DNA of 64,000 nucleotides from a virus: positions 1-64,000 of the IMG/VR virus record IMGVR_UViG_3300047546_001496; one strand, given 5' to 3'. Below, piece after piece: positions 11,128 to 22,500 of the stretch. Position 1 is the first letter of the stretch; each line of letters starts with the position of its first letter. Under the pieces are notes generated by a model. The model did not search any database and was not told the DNA's origin. It was given only the letters and a program-made list of their open reading frames with translations. The translations under genes and the position numbers were made by a program.

Positions 11128-11739
11128 TTAGTCTGTTACTGTACGATCTACGATCTTACCATAAGATCCAAGGTCGTTTGGAAGCAGACGGAATGAGACT
11201 TCAAACATTGTTGCTTCATCACGCTTTGCTGTTACCGATACATTTTCAATTGAAAGTGCACGATATGCTGCGTAAATGCGTTCCAAGTTTGAACCTTCCT
11301 CACAATCACCTGTTCCAGGACCTACTGCGACGATGCCTCGCTCAATTGGGCATTCACCTAGTGTTCCTGCCTTCAAGTTGAGAGTTGGATTTCCTGCTAC
11401 AGCGCTTAGATCTGTTTCAGATCCAGCAATTGCAACGAGAAGATTTTCCAAAGTTGATTCAGCAAATGTGGTATTTAGATTTACCTGCATACCTTGCTTG
11501 AACAACTTAGCGACGTCAAGGACCTGATCAACTGCGACTTCACCAAAGTCTGGTTGGAACTGAATTTCCAAACCATTCATTGTGTAACCGACGTTACGGA
11601 AGCCTTCTGTTGCGTCAAGTGTTGTTGCGTATTTTGTACCGTTAGCGTATGCTGGCAAATCTGATTCTGCCATAGTTCCGTTAAATACCCAGACCTGCGC
11701 TGCACCAACGATAATATTACTGCTACTACCTAGAGCCAT
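11128..11739 (-). CDS. major tail (tube) protein
   Basis: 203 aa; NIIVGAA...GYTMNGLEIQFQPDFGEVAVDQ pattern of siphovirus tube proteins; upstream of chaperones and TMP. Confidence 0.85.
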   Translation of the reverse strand: MALGSSSNIIVGAAQVWVFNGTMAESDLPAYANGTKYATTLDATEGFRNVGYTMNGLEIQFQPDFGEVAVDQVLDVAKLFKQGMQVNLNTTFAESTLENLLVAIAGSETDLSAVAGNPTLNLKAGTLGECPIERGIVAVGPGTGDCEEGSNLERIYAAYRALSIENVSVTAKRDEATMFEVSFRLLPNDLGSYGKIVDRTVTD

Positions 11740-11807
11740 AATTTCACCTCTTTTTTTTTCTATAGAATAAAAAGGCGTGTTTCCTCATTGACAAGTATAC
11801 AGCCTTT

Positions 11808-12383
11808 TTATGAAATTATTGTTCCATTATATGTGCGTTTTTCTTGACCATCTACTACCTTTTTACCTTCACCTATGGAATGGTAGCAATAACTGATAAT
11901 TATCTTATTTCCTGCATAGGTTCTGGCAGTACCGAAGTCTATAAGATCCCGAACCTCTTCTAACTGATATATATTAAACTCATGAAAGTATACTGGAAGA
12001 AACTCTTTATCTGCCTTTACATAGACTCCATTTTCATTGAGTTTACCTTGTAGCCATGTATTAACTTCTCGGGCAGATTCGTCTCCACGATCTAGCAGGT
12101 CTTGAACTAGTTGTGTGGTCTCTATTAATAATTCTGGGTCCCCTGATGTTTTATAAAAATAATATAATAATTGTTCGTCTTTTATATGAGGAAAAGCATT
12201 TCTTCTCATTCTAAACATTCTATCAAAAACACAGAACATACCCTCTGGAAATTGTTCTGTTAACTGATCAATTGCATTTGGAGCAGATGGGAAAAATGGT
12301 ATAGCAAAAGAAAACCTAGAGTCATTAGCAACTTTTTCTGCCAAATAATCATTAACAAATATTGGTGGATATGAAATAGCCAT
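11808..12383 (-). CDS. putative tail terminator/completion protein
   Basis: Synteny (immediately upstream of major tail gene); 191 aa. Confidence 0.5.
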   Translation of the reverse strand: MAISYPPIFVNDYLAEKVANDSRFSFAIPFFPSAPNAIDQLTEQFPEGMFCVFDRMFRMRRNAFPHIKDEQLLYYFYKTSGDPELLIETTQLVQDLLDRGDESAREVNTWLQGKLNENGVYVKADKEFLPVYFHEFNIYQLEEVRDLIDFGTARTYAGNKIIISYCYHSIGEGKKVVDGQEKRTYNGTIIS

Positions 12384-13057
12384 TATCGTATCATCGCCCC
12401 TGCATTAGCAACCCACCTATATCCTGTTTGATATCCGACAGTCTTGCCACCCTTAACTCCCGCAGCAAGATTCTTTTTATAACTTTTTGGTCTAGCAAAA
12501 TAATCTCGTAATCCACTATTCTTTAAAAATGCTTGCGTAAAATAATTACCAAAAAATAACTCAAATGTTTGTTGAAACTGTCCCCTTGTAATTCCGCCAG
12601 GATTATTTACAACAACCTGCTTCTTTGTATAGATAATATCTCCGTTGTCTTCAAACCTTAACACATCAGAATTCTTTGGTTTAATTGTAACGCTTATTCC
12701 ATTTTCCATTATTGATGCTTTCTCTCTAAATGGTGTATTAGATCCGTGCTGTATAGTTGCCGACTGAGTAAAAGAAGAAATAAATGAAACGCCATTTCTA
12801 TTAACAGTATAATCTATATCAAACAATCTAGCGTTTGGACTTCCAACCTGATACCATTCATATACATGGTGCAATGTTTGTGGACTAACTCTTGCATTTG
12901 CATCTATAAATTGTGATGCCATTTCAGATACATCCATACCAAGATTAACCAAAAACTTTTGTTTGCCAGCCTGCATGCCATCAAGAAATCCTATAGAATA
13001 ATTTATTAGATTCTTCATATCTTTTCTAAACTTCTTAGACTCAAATACGGCTCTCAT
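12383..13057 (-). CDS. neck/tail-completion protein (HK97 gp10-like position)
   Basis: Synteny in the head-tail joining block; coupled to both neighbours. Confidence 0.45.
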   Translation of the reverse strand: MRAVFESKKFRKDMKNLINYSIGFLDGMQAGKQKFLVNLGMDVSEMASQFIDANARVSPQTLHHVYEWYQVGSPNARLFDIDYTVNRNGVSFISSFTQSATIQHGSNTPFREKASIMENGISVTIKPKNSDVLRFEDNGDIIYTKKQVVVNNPGGITRGQFQQTFELFFGNYFTQAFLKNSGLRDYFARPKSYKKNLAAGVKGGKTVGYQTGYRWVANAGAMIR

Positions 13058-13503
13058 ATATCTACCGCCTGATTTTCTGATCTACGAATTACTAACTTAT
13101 AATATTCAATATTACCGAATGGCCCAGAAAATGGCTCTTGTGTTGCTACTTCAAATATTGTAGCCTTGCCAGAACGGGGTCCTGATGTTTCAATATAAAT
13201 ATCATTACAGTTTTGATCTTTAATATTTGTAATAATAACATTTGTAATAGATGATCTTGCTTCAAGACTAGAAATTCTAATATCTGTTTTGCATCTTCCA
13301 AGTAGTACCTTATTTTGTGTAATATTAAGATTAGGAGTTACCTCTTCCTTAAATGCTGTTCCTGCTGATGCAAATGAACAGGCAATAGTTCGATCTAAAA
13401 CCCAGGTCTTTTTAACATTACCATACGCACCTTGTTCAACTATTGGGTGATAAACATCTGCTTGCATTGGAAATGCGAAGTCTGGAGTTTCGCATATTAC
13501 CAT
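13054..13503 (-). CDS. putative head-to-tail stopper
   Basis: 149 aa, beta-rich, N-terminal EQGAYGNV motif; synteny. Confidence 0.55.
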   Translation of the reverse strand: MVICETPDFAFPMQADVYHPIVEQGAYGNVKKTWVLDRTIACSFASAGTAFKEEVTPNLNITQNKVLLGRCKTDIRISSLEARSSITNVIITNIKDQNCNDIYIETSGPRSGKATIFEVATQEPFSGPFGNIEYYKLVIRRSENQAVDI

Positions 13504-14423
13504 TATAAAACTCCTGGTTTAGTTATGACCTTAACATATTTGTCTAAAATTCTATCAACCATCATATTGCCTGTACCAGATGTCATACCTTTATCAAACT
13601 GAATTCTAAACTGATCTGTATTATATGCATTAATGTATCTCTTGTAGTAATCTAATTTACCACAATCTATATCTTCAATAAGCATTCTTGTTGCTGCCTC
13701 AACATCTGGTGGAATAGCACGATATCCAACATCTAACACAATTGTATAGTCAAATCCCTGTGGAAAATCTCCAATATGGTATCCGACAAAACCTAGGTCG
13801 CCATGTGCTGTTGTTGTTTTTGGTGGATTAAACTCTAATCTATTTCTTTCGTTTGCTGCTGTTAAAACTTCTTCTCTGTATATTGCAGAGTTGTCTAATA
13901 AAATATGATATGCATACTCATAATCTTCTGCATTTTCTATATCATAAACTAAAACATTATTTTCATAAACTTTTAAAACTCTATTAGAGTCATGCCAAAT
14001 TGGTAAATAATCTGTTCCTTGACCAACAACATTTAGTACAAGTTTATGGTTATAAAAACCATCTCCAACATATGTATCAATCATTGATCTTGCAATTAAC
14101 TCATACTGCTTATACTTAGCAACATCAGATGCCGTTGTTCCATAACCTGATGGATCTACATATGGTCTTGTTATTGTTAAATTTTCTTCATATAAAATGT
14201 GTTCATGTTCTGTATCATAAAATCTAATTAAAAAGTCACGATCAAATTGTACTTTTTCAAGTGGTAATTCATAAACTAATTTACCATTTGCATCTGAAGA
14301 TATATTAACTTCTTGAACTGAGTGGTCCACCAAATCCTCAATATAAACAATGTACTCATAATTTGCGATAGGCAAATTCCATGTAGTTGTTAAAGGATAA
14401 GGTGGAACTCTCAATACTTCCAT
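13503..14423 (-). CDS. putative head-to-tail adaptor
   Basis: ARSMIDTY and GYRAIPPDVEAAT...ILDKY motifs typical of adaptors; synteny after capsid gene. Confidence 0.6.
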   Translation of the reverse strand: MEVLRVPPYPLTTTWNLPIANYEYIVYIEDLVDHSVQEVNISSDANGKLVYELPLEKVQFDRDFLIRFYDTEHEHILYEENLTITRPYVDPSGYGTTASDVAKYKQYELIARSMIDTYVGDGFYNHKLVLNVVGQGTDYLPIWHDSNRVLKVYENNVLVYDIENAEDYEYAYHILLDNSAIYREEVLTAANERNRLEFNPPKTTTAHGDLGFVGYHIGDFPQGFDYTIVLDVGYRAIPPDVEAATRMLIEDIDCGKLDYYKRYINAYNTDQFRIQFDKGMTSGTGNMMVDRILDKYVKVITKPGVL

Positions 14424-14906
14424 TTAGCGACCAAACTCCTTGGCTACTTCTTCTGGTGTAGCAAGACGAATATGACTTCTCTTAAGCCATGCTTCTGCTT
14501 GATCTGGTGTTACAATATTGTAACCACGATATACCTTACCTACTCCTGGCAGGCTTACATTCTTTGTAGAGTGTACAGCAACTGTTTTCTTTTGTGGAGT
14601 AGCAGCAGGTTTTTCTGGTGTACGCTCAACTTGTGTTGCTCCAATTACACCATCTGCAACAGATCCCATACCTTGAACCAAATTACTTGATGCAAGATTG
14701 TCTGTGCTTATAACTCCAGAATTTTTTGATTCTTCTGCTGCAGCAATCTTATACTTCTCCCATGGGGAAACATCTGATGCTGGTTCTTCAACTGGTGCTG
14801 GTTCTGTTACAGGCATAGGAGCCTCAGTTACTGGTTCAGCGACAATTGATTGTTCTTCAGCAGTTTGTGCTGGAGTTGTTTCATTATTTAAATTATTTTC
14901 TTCCAT
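14424..14906 (-). CDS. hypothetical protein (acidic disordered N-terminus, conserved-looking C-terminus)
   Basis: 160-aa ORF with GGAGG RBS and upstream TGTTATAAT. Confidence 0.6.
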   Translation of the reverse strand: MEENNLNNETTPAQTAEEQSIVAEPVTEAPMPVTEPAPVEEPASDVSPWEKYKIAAAEESKNSGVISTDNLASSNLVQGMGSVADGVIGATQVERTPEKPAATPQKKTVAVHSTKNVSLPGVGKVYRGYNIVTPDQAEAWLKRSHIRLATPEEVAKEFGR

Positions 14907-14952
14907 TATTTAACCTCCTATGTGAACTATTATAACAGAATACTAAAAATTA

Positions 14953-14986
14953 AGAGGGGGAGGAGATCGTTCCCCTGCCCCCTCTC
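14953..14986 (-). terminator. rho-independent terminator after major capsid gene
   Basis: GC-rich hairpin (GAGAGGGGGCAGGGGA...TCTCCTCCCCCTCTT) followed by AATTTTT on the minus strand. Confidence 0.75.
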
Positions 14987-15005
14987 AAAGGTTACTGTTT
15001 ACAGA

Positions 15006-16148
15006 TTATGCATCTGCAGCAGCGTCTGCCCAAACGATTGAATCTTCTTCTTCCCATTGAATACCAAAGCGAACGAAGACGGTATACTCAATTGTATCCT
15101 TCTTTGCCTTGTATTCACGGTTTACGACGATGTCTCGTTGGAAGCCCCATACACGATTCTGTGGGAATGTCAAATCGACATATCCTTCTGGATAGTAAGG
15201 AACTTCTTGAACATCAATTCCGAGAACACGAGTTGTACGTGCTCCACCGAATGTTTGTCCATTACCTTCAAGATATGCTTGACGGTTTTGTGCAGTACCA
15301 GCAACACGGTTGCCCATTGCTTCTGAGATTGCATCAGCAAGGGTACCATTGTGCTTTACGATGCCTGCAAATGTATCTGTACCAACATAGAACTTAAGAT
15401 TGTTCTTAAGAGCACGATACTTACGTGGCATTGCAAGAATAATATCTTGCATAACTTCTGGTGTCCAAGCGTTGTTAGCAACGGTAACAGCAGCCTCATG
15501 TGAGTCTCCGTTATCCTTATGCTTCTTGATAAAGCCCTTCATAATTGAAAGGAAGTTACCAGTTGATCCATCACCATTAATGGCGAGGTCTTCAATATCG
15601 TTAGCGAATGCGTTGGTCATCAAGCGAACAAGATGATCTTCAAGCGCAGCCCCCTCAATATTGTCTTCTAGTGCTTCAGCAGATACTTCCCAATCGAGAC
15701 GAATCTTCTTGGTTGTAAGTTCTACCTTGCTGAATGTTGCACCAGTGTTAGTGTAATCACCGACACCTTGAGCAGCAGCACGAATAACTCGTTCACCCAC
15801 GTTAATCTTTTCGAGTTCCATGGTGTTTGCTCTCATTGTGACACGGCGACCATCCTGGGCGAGAACTGTAGCGTCCCAAACGTAATCAATGAAACGCTGT
15901 GCCTGTTCAGGGCGTAGGATACCGCTTCCAGCCTCACCTGAAGGATTTACTGCATTTGGTCCTGTTGTAAGACCAAGGTTAGCGTTTGGAATGTTACCAA
16001 GAACGCCACCATCAGTGTAATTACCAGGTACGTTAGAACCTGCATCAGATCCAGATGCGAATGCACCCTGTGACTGATAAAGACCTGGTGTTGTTCCACC
16101 GAGTTGTCCAGATTCTCCTGGTTGGTTTTTCTTTATTTCTTCCGACAT
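15006..16148 (-). CDS. major capsid protein (HK97 fold)
   Basis: 380 aa; GILRPEQAQRFID, EALEDNIEG, DLAINGD motifs; follows protease/scaffold; strong codon bias. Confidence 0.92.
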   Translation of the reverse strand: MSEEIKKNQPGESGQLGGTTPGLYQSQGAFASGSDAGSNVPGNYTDGGVLGNIPNANLGLTTGPNAVNPSGEAGSGILRPEQAQRFIDYVWDATVLAQDGRRVTMRANTMELEKINVGERVIRAAAQGVGDYTNTGATFSKVELTTKKIRLDWEVSAEALEDNIEGAALEDHLVRLMTNAFANDIEDLAINGDGSTGNFLSIMKGFIKKHKDNGDSHEAAVTVANNAWTPEVMQDIILAMPRKYRALKNNLKFYVGTDTFAGIVKHNGTLADAISEAMGNRVAGTAQNRQAYLEGNGQTFGGARTTRVLGIDVQEVPYYPEGYVDLTFPQNRVWGFQRDIVVNREYKAKKDTIEYTVFVRFGIQWEEEDSIVWADAAADA

Positions 16149-16171
16149 ATTGTCACCTCCAAGTATTTTAC

Positions 16172-17518
16172 TTATCTAAATAAGTCGGCTGTTTTGAGGA
16201 AACGTCCGCCCCATAGGGATTTTTCCATCATTTCTGATGGTTGTTCCTGAACGATCTCGCCTAGATCGCCAGACTTTCGAAAAGCAGTATCTGCTTCTAC
16301 CGCATCAACACGCTTTCCAAAATTATTAAAACGGTCATTAATTGCAGCAATATCTTTGGCAACTGCATCTAATGAACTCTTTACTGCATCTGTATCAACT
16401 TTGCTTGACTTAAGTACTTCTACTTCTGCCTGCAAAGATTTTACAGTTTCAACTAAATCGCTAAAGGCTGTTGAGATTGTGCTCTTGATGTCTGCTATTG
16501 ATTCAGCAATAACTTCATCTGATTTCTTCTTTGCCTTAGCCTCTTCTTCCATCTCAGCATCTGGACCTTCTGCTGCATCTTCTGCAGCATTTTCCTCATC
16601 TGGATGTGGCTTCTTTGCAGCCTTTTCTGTATCAGCAACTTCAGTTGTTTCAACAACAACTTCATCAGCCTTTTCAGTTTCGACTACAGGAGTTTCGGCA
16701 ACTGCCTCTGGAGCGATTTCTTCTGACTTAGTAACTTCGACTTCTTCAGTCTTGTTCTTTTTTGCCATAGGATTTTCCTCCTTTGAAATCTTAGCATCAA
16801 TGCCTTTAGCACTATCTACTAAGAATTTGACTATATCCATTTTTTCGTTGTCTTCTTTTTCAACGAAACCTATATTCTTCATTTCATTTCCAGTAACTGG
16901 ACTTGTTACTGTCTCTTGATCTGAAACCATTACTATTCCAGATTCTGCATCATAAAAAACATTTTCAAGTGCAACATCTGCACCCTTAACAACATCTACG
17001 CCATCTACTTTTTCAACAGACATAATGTTTGCAAATTGATTTGCTGGGGAATCTACAAGACTCAACTCAACAAGATCATAATCTTTAATAATTCTAATTG
17101 TGGAATCTGATTTCTCATCATATCCGTCATCCCACTTATTCATTCTACCGCCGATAGAAAAACCAGTGTAGGTTCCATCAATAACTTTTTCCCAAGCATC
17201 TTGTGCGCCTTTTGAAATATAAGCAGAAACAAAAACTCCATTATAAAACTTTTTAGAATCTGGATCAAAATATTTATCTTCTTTAAATGAAACCATTTTG
17301 CCAACAGCAGATGGTTGATGCATTTCACGAATGTTTCCACGGAATGCAGAGAATGCTTTCATTGATGCCTCTGTTGTAACTATATCGCCTTGTTTATCAA
17401 CATTATCAAGAGATGCAAAACCTGAGACGATACGTCTCTCCTTATCAACCTTCGCAAATGGAAGGGAAAGTCTTACTGAGTCGCCAGTGGTGTCCCAATG
17501 GGCTTTAGATATAGTCAT
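16172..17518 (-). CDS. prohead protease fused to scaffold domain
   Basis: DKQGD, REMHQ, GFSIGG, ELSLVDSPAN motifs of HK97-type proteases; acidic/coiled-coil C-terminus; probable start MTISK at 17518. Confidence 0.9.
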   Translation of the reverse strand: MTISKAHWDTTGDSVRLSLPFAKVDKERRIVSGFASLDNVDKQGDIVTTEASMKAFSAFRGNIREMHQPSAVGKMVSFKEDKYFDPDSKKFYNGVFVSAYISKGAQDAWEKVIDGTYTGFSIGGRMNKWDDGYDEKSDSTIRIIKDYDLVELSLVDSPANQFANIMSVEKVDGVDVVKGADVALENVFYDAESGIVMVSDQETVTSPVTGNEMKNIGFVEKEDNEKMDIVKFLVDSAKGIDAKISKEENPMAKKNKTEEVEVTKSEEIAPEAVAETPVVETEKADEVVVETTEVADTEKAAKKPHPDEENAAEDAAEGPDAEMEEEAKAKKKSDEVIAESIADIKSTISTAFSDLVETVKSLQAEVEVLKSSKVDTDAVKSSLDAVAKDIAAINDRFNNFGKRVDAVEADTAFRKSGDLGEIVQEQPSEMMEKSLWGGRFLKTADLFR

Positions 17519-17563
17519 ACTAGAATATATTATAGAGCCTTTTTTACACAAATGTTAATAAAC

Positions 17564-17584
17564 TGTGCATAAACCTGTGGATAG
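17564..17584. promoter_or_regulatory. tandem DnaA-box-like pair
   Basis: TGTGCATAA-acc-TGTGGATAG between portal and protease genes. Confidence 0.45.
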
Positions 17585-19186
17585 TTATTGTGATGATCTA
17601 CCCTCGCCCTTTGGATTTCTACCAGCAACTGTGGCAGGTCCATCGGATTGGTTGTTTAATCTTTCTCCATCCCGTGCACGATTAGCATTATCATTTGCTG
17701 TATCTTGTGGCTTAGGTTGGAAAGGCTCGTCCCCTCCTTCCCGTTGTGGAAGTCCAAGGACTGTTCTTGCTTCGTTAGGAAGCATGACCTGTGTCTTGAC
17801 ATATCGTTCCAAAATTTGAGACTGTGCTATCTCATCTGTTAATGTAAGTTCTTTAAATTTAAGTACTAAAATATCAGTTTGTTCTTTAATAATCTTATTT
17901 AATATTTTTTCTAATTCTCTTTGTGCAGGTCTAGCAACTTGTTCTTTAAATGTACGATCTTGAGCAAGTGCTGCTGCTACTCCGCCAGACTCTCCTCCAC
18001 CAATCTTAGATAGTGGGACTTGATGCGCTATCAAAATATCATCACGATTTTGTTTACGATACTTTTCAAAAGAACCTTCCTGAACACCATTCTCAATTGG
18101 CTCCATCTTGAAATCAACTTTATTTGTATCTGTATCTCCAGGAAGTGGAATGTATAAAGTTCTATGTGATTGTCCTTTAAGGTTTGTCTGTAAGAATCTA
18201 AACATCTTGTCTTCTGCATCTGCAGAAAGACGAGCACCCTTTAGTGTAACTACATATCTTGGAACAGCCTTATTGCTAAAGTAATCAATATTATACTGAG
18301 ATGCTAAATGATCTCCATGTAGTGAATTGATTGCAGATAAAATATCTGGAACTCCATAGAATGTATTGAGTGGTGAGTATTGCTTAAAATGAATAATCTC
18401 ATTTGGCCTTGGATCTGCAGTAATTGGGTTTGGATTGTTTGCACCAAAGTTTCTAAAGTAAACAACCTTTTGACCAATAATTTGAACATATCCATCACGA
18501 ACTCTACGAACACGAACAGTTGTTGCTGGAATATGTCCTACATAACCAATCTGTCCAGTTGTAGTTCTACCAATTTCAAGATAGCCATTTCCAATTGCTT
18601 GCATATCTGTATAAACTTTTGTCATTGTTGTGGTAAATGAATCATCATCATTTAGAGATTCTAGCCAGGCATGCATTTCAATCTTGGCTCTTTCAATTCT
18701 ATTTCTTGCTCTTGATACTTGCTCTTTATCTTGATTAGATTCAAGACGCAACATTGTGCTTGGAGAAATCTCAAAGTCATAACCTAGACCAACAATGTTT
18801 TCTACCTTAGCATCAATAGCAGCATGATTAGCAAAAGATGTATCATAATAATTAGCAAGTTCATAAACATTCCAAGGTGGTGTAATTACATCAAATAGGC
18901 CGTAGGCATTTCTGTATACAACACCAGGATTAATTTCTTTTGACTTTGCCCCGTCGATTCCTCGTTGTTCTGCCTTTGCACTATCAAGATATCCTTGAGC
19001 ATTTTCTGGTGCAAGAGCCTTTTCTACAAGTCTAGTTGTTCTACGCTTAAAATTATTTTCTAAACCATTATAGGTTTTAAGAACATCCCAAGAACTATTA
19101 AACGGATCATCACTTTTGAATTGCTCTAATGGGCTAGATAGATTATCGATATTTGCCCCAATGATAAATTCTTGATCGTCTGACAT
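17585..19186 (-). CDS. portal protein
   Basis: 533 aa; GNGYLEI, EIIHFK...YGVP, YFSNKAVP, NEARTVLGLP portal motifs. Confidence 0.92.
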   Translation of the reverse strand: MSDDQEFIIGANIDNLSSPLEQFKSDDPFNSSWDVLKTYNGLENNFKRRTTRLVEKALAPENAQGYLDSAKAEQRGIDGAKSKEINPGVVYRNAYGLFDVITPPWNVYELANYYDTSFANHAAIDAKVENIVGLGYDFEISPSTMLRLESNQDKEQVSRARNRIERAKIEMHAWLESLNDDDSFTTTMTKVYTDMQAIGNGYLEIGRTTTGQIGYVGHIPATTVRVRRVRDGYVQIIGQKVVYFRNFGANNPNPITADPRPNEIIHFKQYSPLNTFYGVPDILSAINSLHGDHLASQYNIDYFSNKAVPRYVVTLKGARLSADAEDKMFRFLQTNLKGQSHRTLYIPLPGDTDTNKVDFKMEPIENGVQEGSFEKYRKQNRDDILIAHQVPLSKIGGGESGGVAAALAQDRTFKEQVARPAQRELEKILNKIIKEQTDILVLKFKELTLTDEIAQSQILERYVKTQVMLPNEARTVLGLPQREGGDEPFQPKPQDTANDNANRARDGERLNNQSDGPATVAGRNPKGEGRSSQ

Positions 19187-19560
19187 TAGTCCTGTACTCC
19201 ATATTTCTTTATAGTTTGTTGTGCTGCATGTACTGCTCCAAGGTCATTAAGATTTGGAATTAATCCCTCTCTCATTCTTTGGCGCTGCTCTTCATATTCT
19301 TCATCAGATACACGATTCAATCCAGGGAAAAATATGGCCTCCCCTTCTGGCTCTCCGTAATGTGCTGCAGCCTTTTTTAATTCTGCAATTTTTGATATAT
19401 CACCCTTCATTGAAGGTATATTTAAAATGTTTCCTTGGCCATCTGTAAACCATTTGCCGTTTTGTTTTTTCCATACATAGATACCCCAGTCATAGTTTTT
19501 ATCTATAACTTTAATCTTAGACTTACCAATTTGGCCTGGAATATTCGGTTTCATTACCAC
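19186..19560 (-). CDS. hypothetical protein upstream of portal
   Basis: 124-aa ORF; TGGTATACT promoter immediately upstream (likely ATG start at 19554). Confidence 0.65.
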   Translation of the reverse strand: MVMKPNIPGQIGKSKIKVIDKNYDWGIYVWKKQNGKWFTDGQGNILNIPSMKGDISKIAELKKAAAHYGEPEGEAIFFPGLNRVSDEEYEEQRQRMREGLIPNLNDLGAVHAAQQTIKKYGVQD

Positions 19561-19572
19561 AAGTATACCACA

Positions 19573-22500
19573 TTATACTGGGTCTGATATTTGTGCTTGC
19601 CAAACCAAATCTTGGAATGCAGTATATTTGTAGTCTTTAAACCGAAGTGGGCGTGTGTCATCAATAATAATTTTATTAGTGCCAGTATATGCTTTATATA
19701 AGTCTGCTGGATTAACACCATAATAACTTGATGATGATGCTACAAGGACACCTTTCCATACATAGAAATCTGTCCAATATTCCCAATCTAGAGGTCCGTC
19801 TAGACCAAACTTAACTCTAGCCCATCTTCTTTTATCTACCTGCTGAATTTCTTGTAAACTTGTTGTTTGATAATAAGATAAATTGTCAAAAATAATAGGA
19901 CCATTAATCATAATTGTTCCAGTGTACGATTTAAAGTTTAATACTGTTGGGAATCCAATTCCTAGCATTGTCCATTCCCCGACATTTATTACTGGATTCT
20001 TGACAACGCTTCCATTAATATAATAAGAAATACCATCATACAAAGTTCCAGTGTTTGCATCAATTGCATAAATTTTTGCTCTTTTACCACTAGGGTGATC
20101 TGCAATCATATAAAATTTAATTGTTTTTGCTTTAGCATTTACTTGCATAATTTGTGTTGCGCCATATGGGAAGAAGTCATAATTAAATCTAACTAATGAC
20201 TGCATAGCCATGACCTCATAGTTTGCAGCCTTATTTGGATTAACCTGTATGGCAACTCCACGATTAATTAATGGATCATAATCACCACGAATTTCTAATC
20301 CAGAGTATCTAGTTAAATATAAATATGGAGAAGATCCTTTGTAAATTGTTATTGGGTTTCTATATTTATAGTTGTAATAATATCCTGTATTAACATATGG
20401 ATAAACATCAGCGCCAAATCTTGTTCCAATATTATTTGCTGTATCATAGTTATATGCTTGAGATGCTAACTGTAAAGACTTTACTTTAATTGGTTTATTA
20501 TAAATTCCATCGACATCAAATTCAAAATGAACTCTAATGGCTAACTTATCAAATGCAATACCACTTGGTGGATAAATTAAAACATTATCAACAACCTCAT
20601 ACTTTGTATTAATCCAATCAGATCCAGGTTTAATTACTCCGTTTTTAGGGACACTTTCTTGATTAACAAAAAACCCATCTGCTGCATTTGCTCCAGTTTC
20701 AAGATATTCAAATGTTATATATGTTTTTAAAATTGCATCAGATGTATCATAATAGTACGACTTAATAGATCGTTCTGCTAAATCCTGATAATTTTGATAA
20801 CCAGTGTATAAATAATTATCTAAGGAATCGTAAGATCTTTGTAATGGGAAAGAATATTGTGATTGTAATTCTGAATAACTCCAGCCATTTGGATCAATTA
20901 TTTCAGATACCTTGAATTTTGTAGGAGCAGGATAGTTAACATTAAATTGAATAAAGTCTAAACCTAAACGAGAATCGCCATATTCATCAGTTATAAATTG
21001 AGCAAAATATGTAAGAGGAATATAATCTTTCCAGGATCCCTTAACATCTACATCTAAATAAAAATTATCAAAATAAGACTTTGGACCTATTCCAACACTA
21101 GGCTTATGGTCATTAAGTTTTGTTGGCATAAAGTCAGCAGCATTAAAAGTTCCATCTTCTGTATTAAGATAATAGTCCCAAAATTCTTGATCAGATTCTC
21201 CGCCGTTGTAGTCTATGTCCCAAGAATATAAACTAAATATATTTTCGTAGTCTTTAGGAATTCCTATATCGTTAAAAAGATTTTCAACATCTTTAACATT
21301 TTTTTCTGAACAAATTCCCACTTTATAAATATTGCCTGTAAATGTTTTTGTAAATTCTTTTGTTCCGCCAATATACATTTTAAGCGGTGCTGTATTATTA
21401 AAAAATGCCAAGATGTTTCCACCAAAATGATTTTTAAATTTTTGAATTTCTATTCCTACAGCAAATCTTTTATCATTATCTATAGACGTTGCCTCATATA
21501 AAACTTGCTCGTTGTTATTATATTTAAATAAATATCTAACCCCCATCTGATAAGACTCTATTGAAAAATAATTTTGATTTCTACTATCTTCAATTCTAAT
21601 TAAAATCTGGGAGTCACCCGTGTAGTTTGCTTTCTTTTTAAATATTCCATAAAGACCATAGATTGGCAAATTGGATGCTTCTAGATCATCAAAGTATATA
21701 TACGAACTAACAGAACTCCAAGAAGTATCTGGCTTTAAATTTAAAAATAATCCGTGAGTGTCTGTTGTGCAGGACGCAAGCATTTGTTTTTGTGTTTTTG
21801 TTGTACTATTTGTAATAATTTGTGGAGCATCAAATTTAGGTACTGTTAAGTAATTATCTTCAACTATTATATTGTCTAACGATGCCTGTGACCATGAACC
21901 TAGGTCTGGATAGTTATAGTTCTTTGTATAGTCTGCAAATGAATAATCAAATACTACCGATTCCCCGCCATAAGATGCATTTAAATTTTCTGGATATTGA
22001 ACGCCCTGTCCGTACACAAATCTGCGCTTTGCAACAAGTAGTGGAACTAAATAATTATATAAAGCAACACAGTCTATCTCAATAGGTTGAATATCTTCAT
22101 GTGCATAAAATCCAATCCAGTCTTGGCTTTTGCCACTATTGTTAAATGATTCTGGCAATAACAAAGAGTCTGCATTTAGTTGAATAGAAATGATTTCTTC
22201 TCCATTTAACAATAAAGACGATACCTCTGGAGAATATCTCCAATGTATGAGCATTGGCCTTTCCCAATGTCCAACATAGTATGAAGAATAATTATCATTA
22301 ATCTTTAATATTAAAAAAGGACCATTTACATATATTCCATCATCTGATGATATAGGGCCGACTATTCTTTTTAATTCATTTGAAGAATTTTTTGTTCTAA
22401 TCCAAAACTCTAAAGAAAATTTTTGATACTTTCCTGAATCGCTCATCATTCCTCCAGATGGAATTATAAGAGATGGCTTATTTGGATTTGCATATAATTT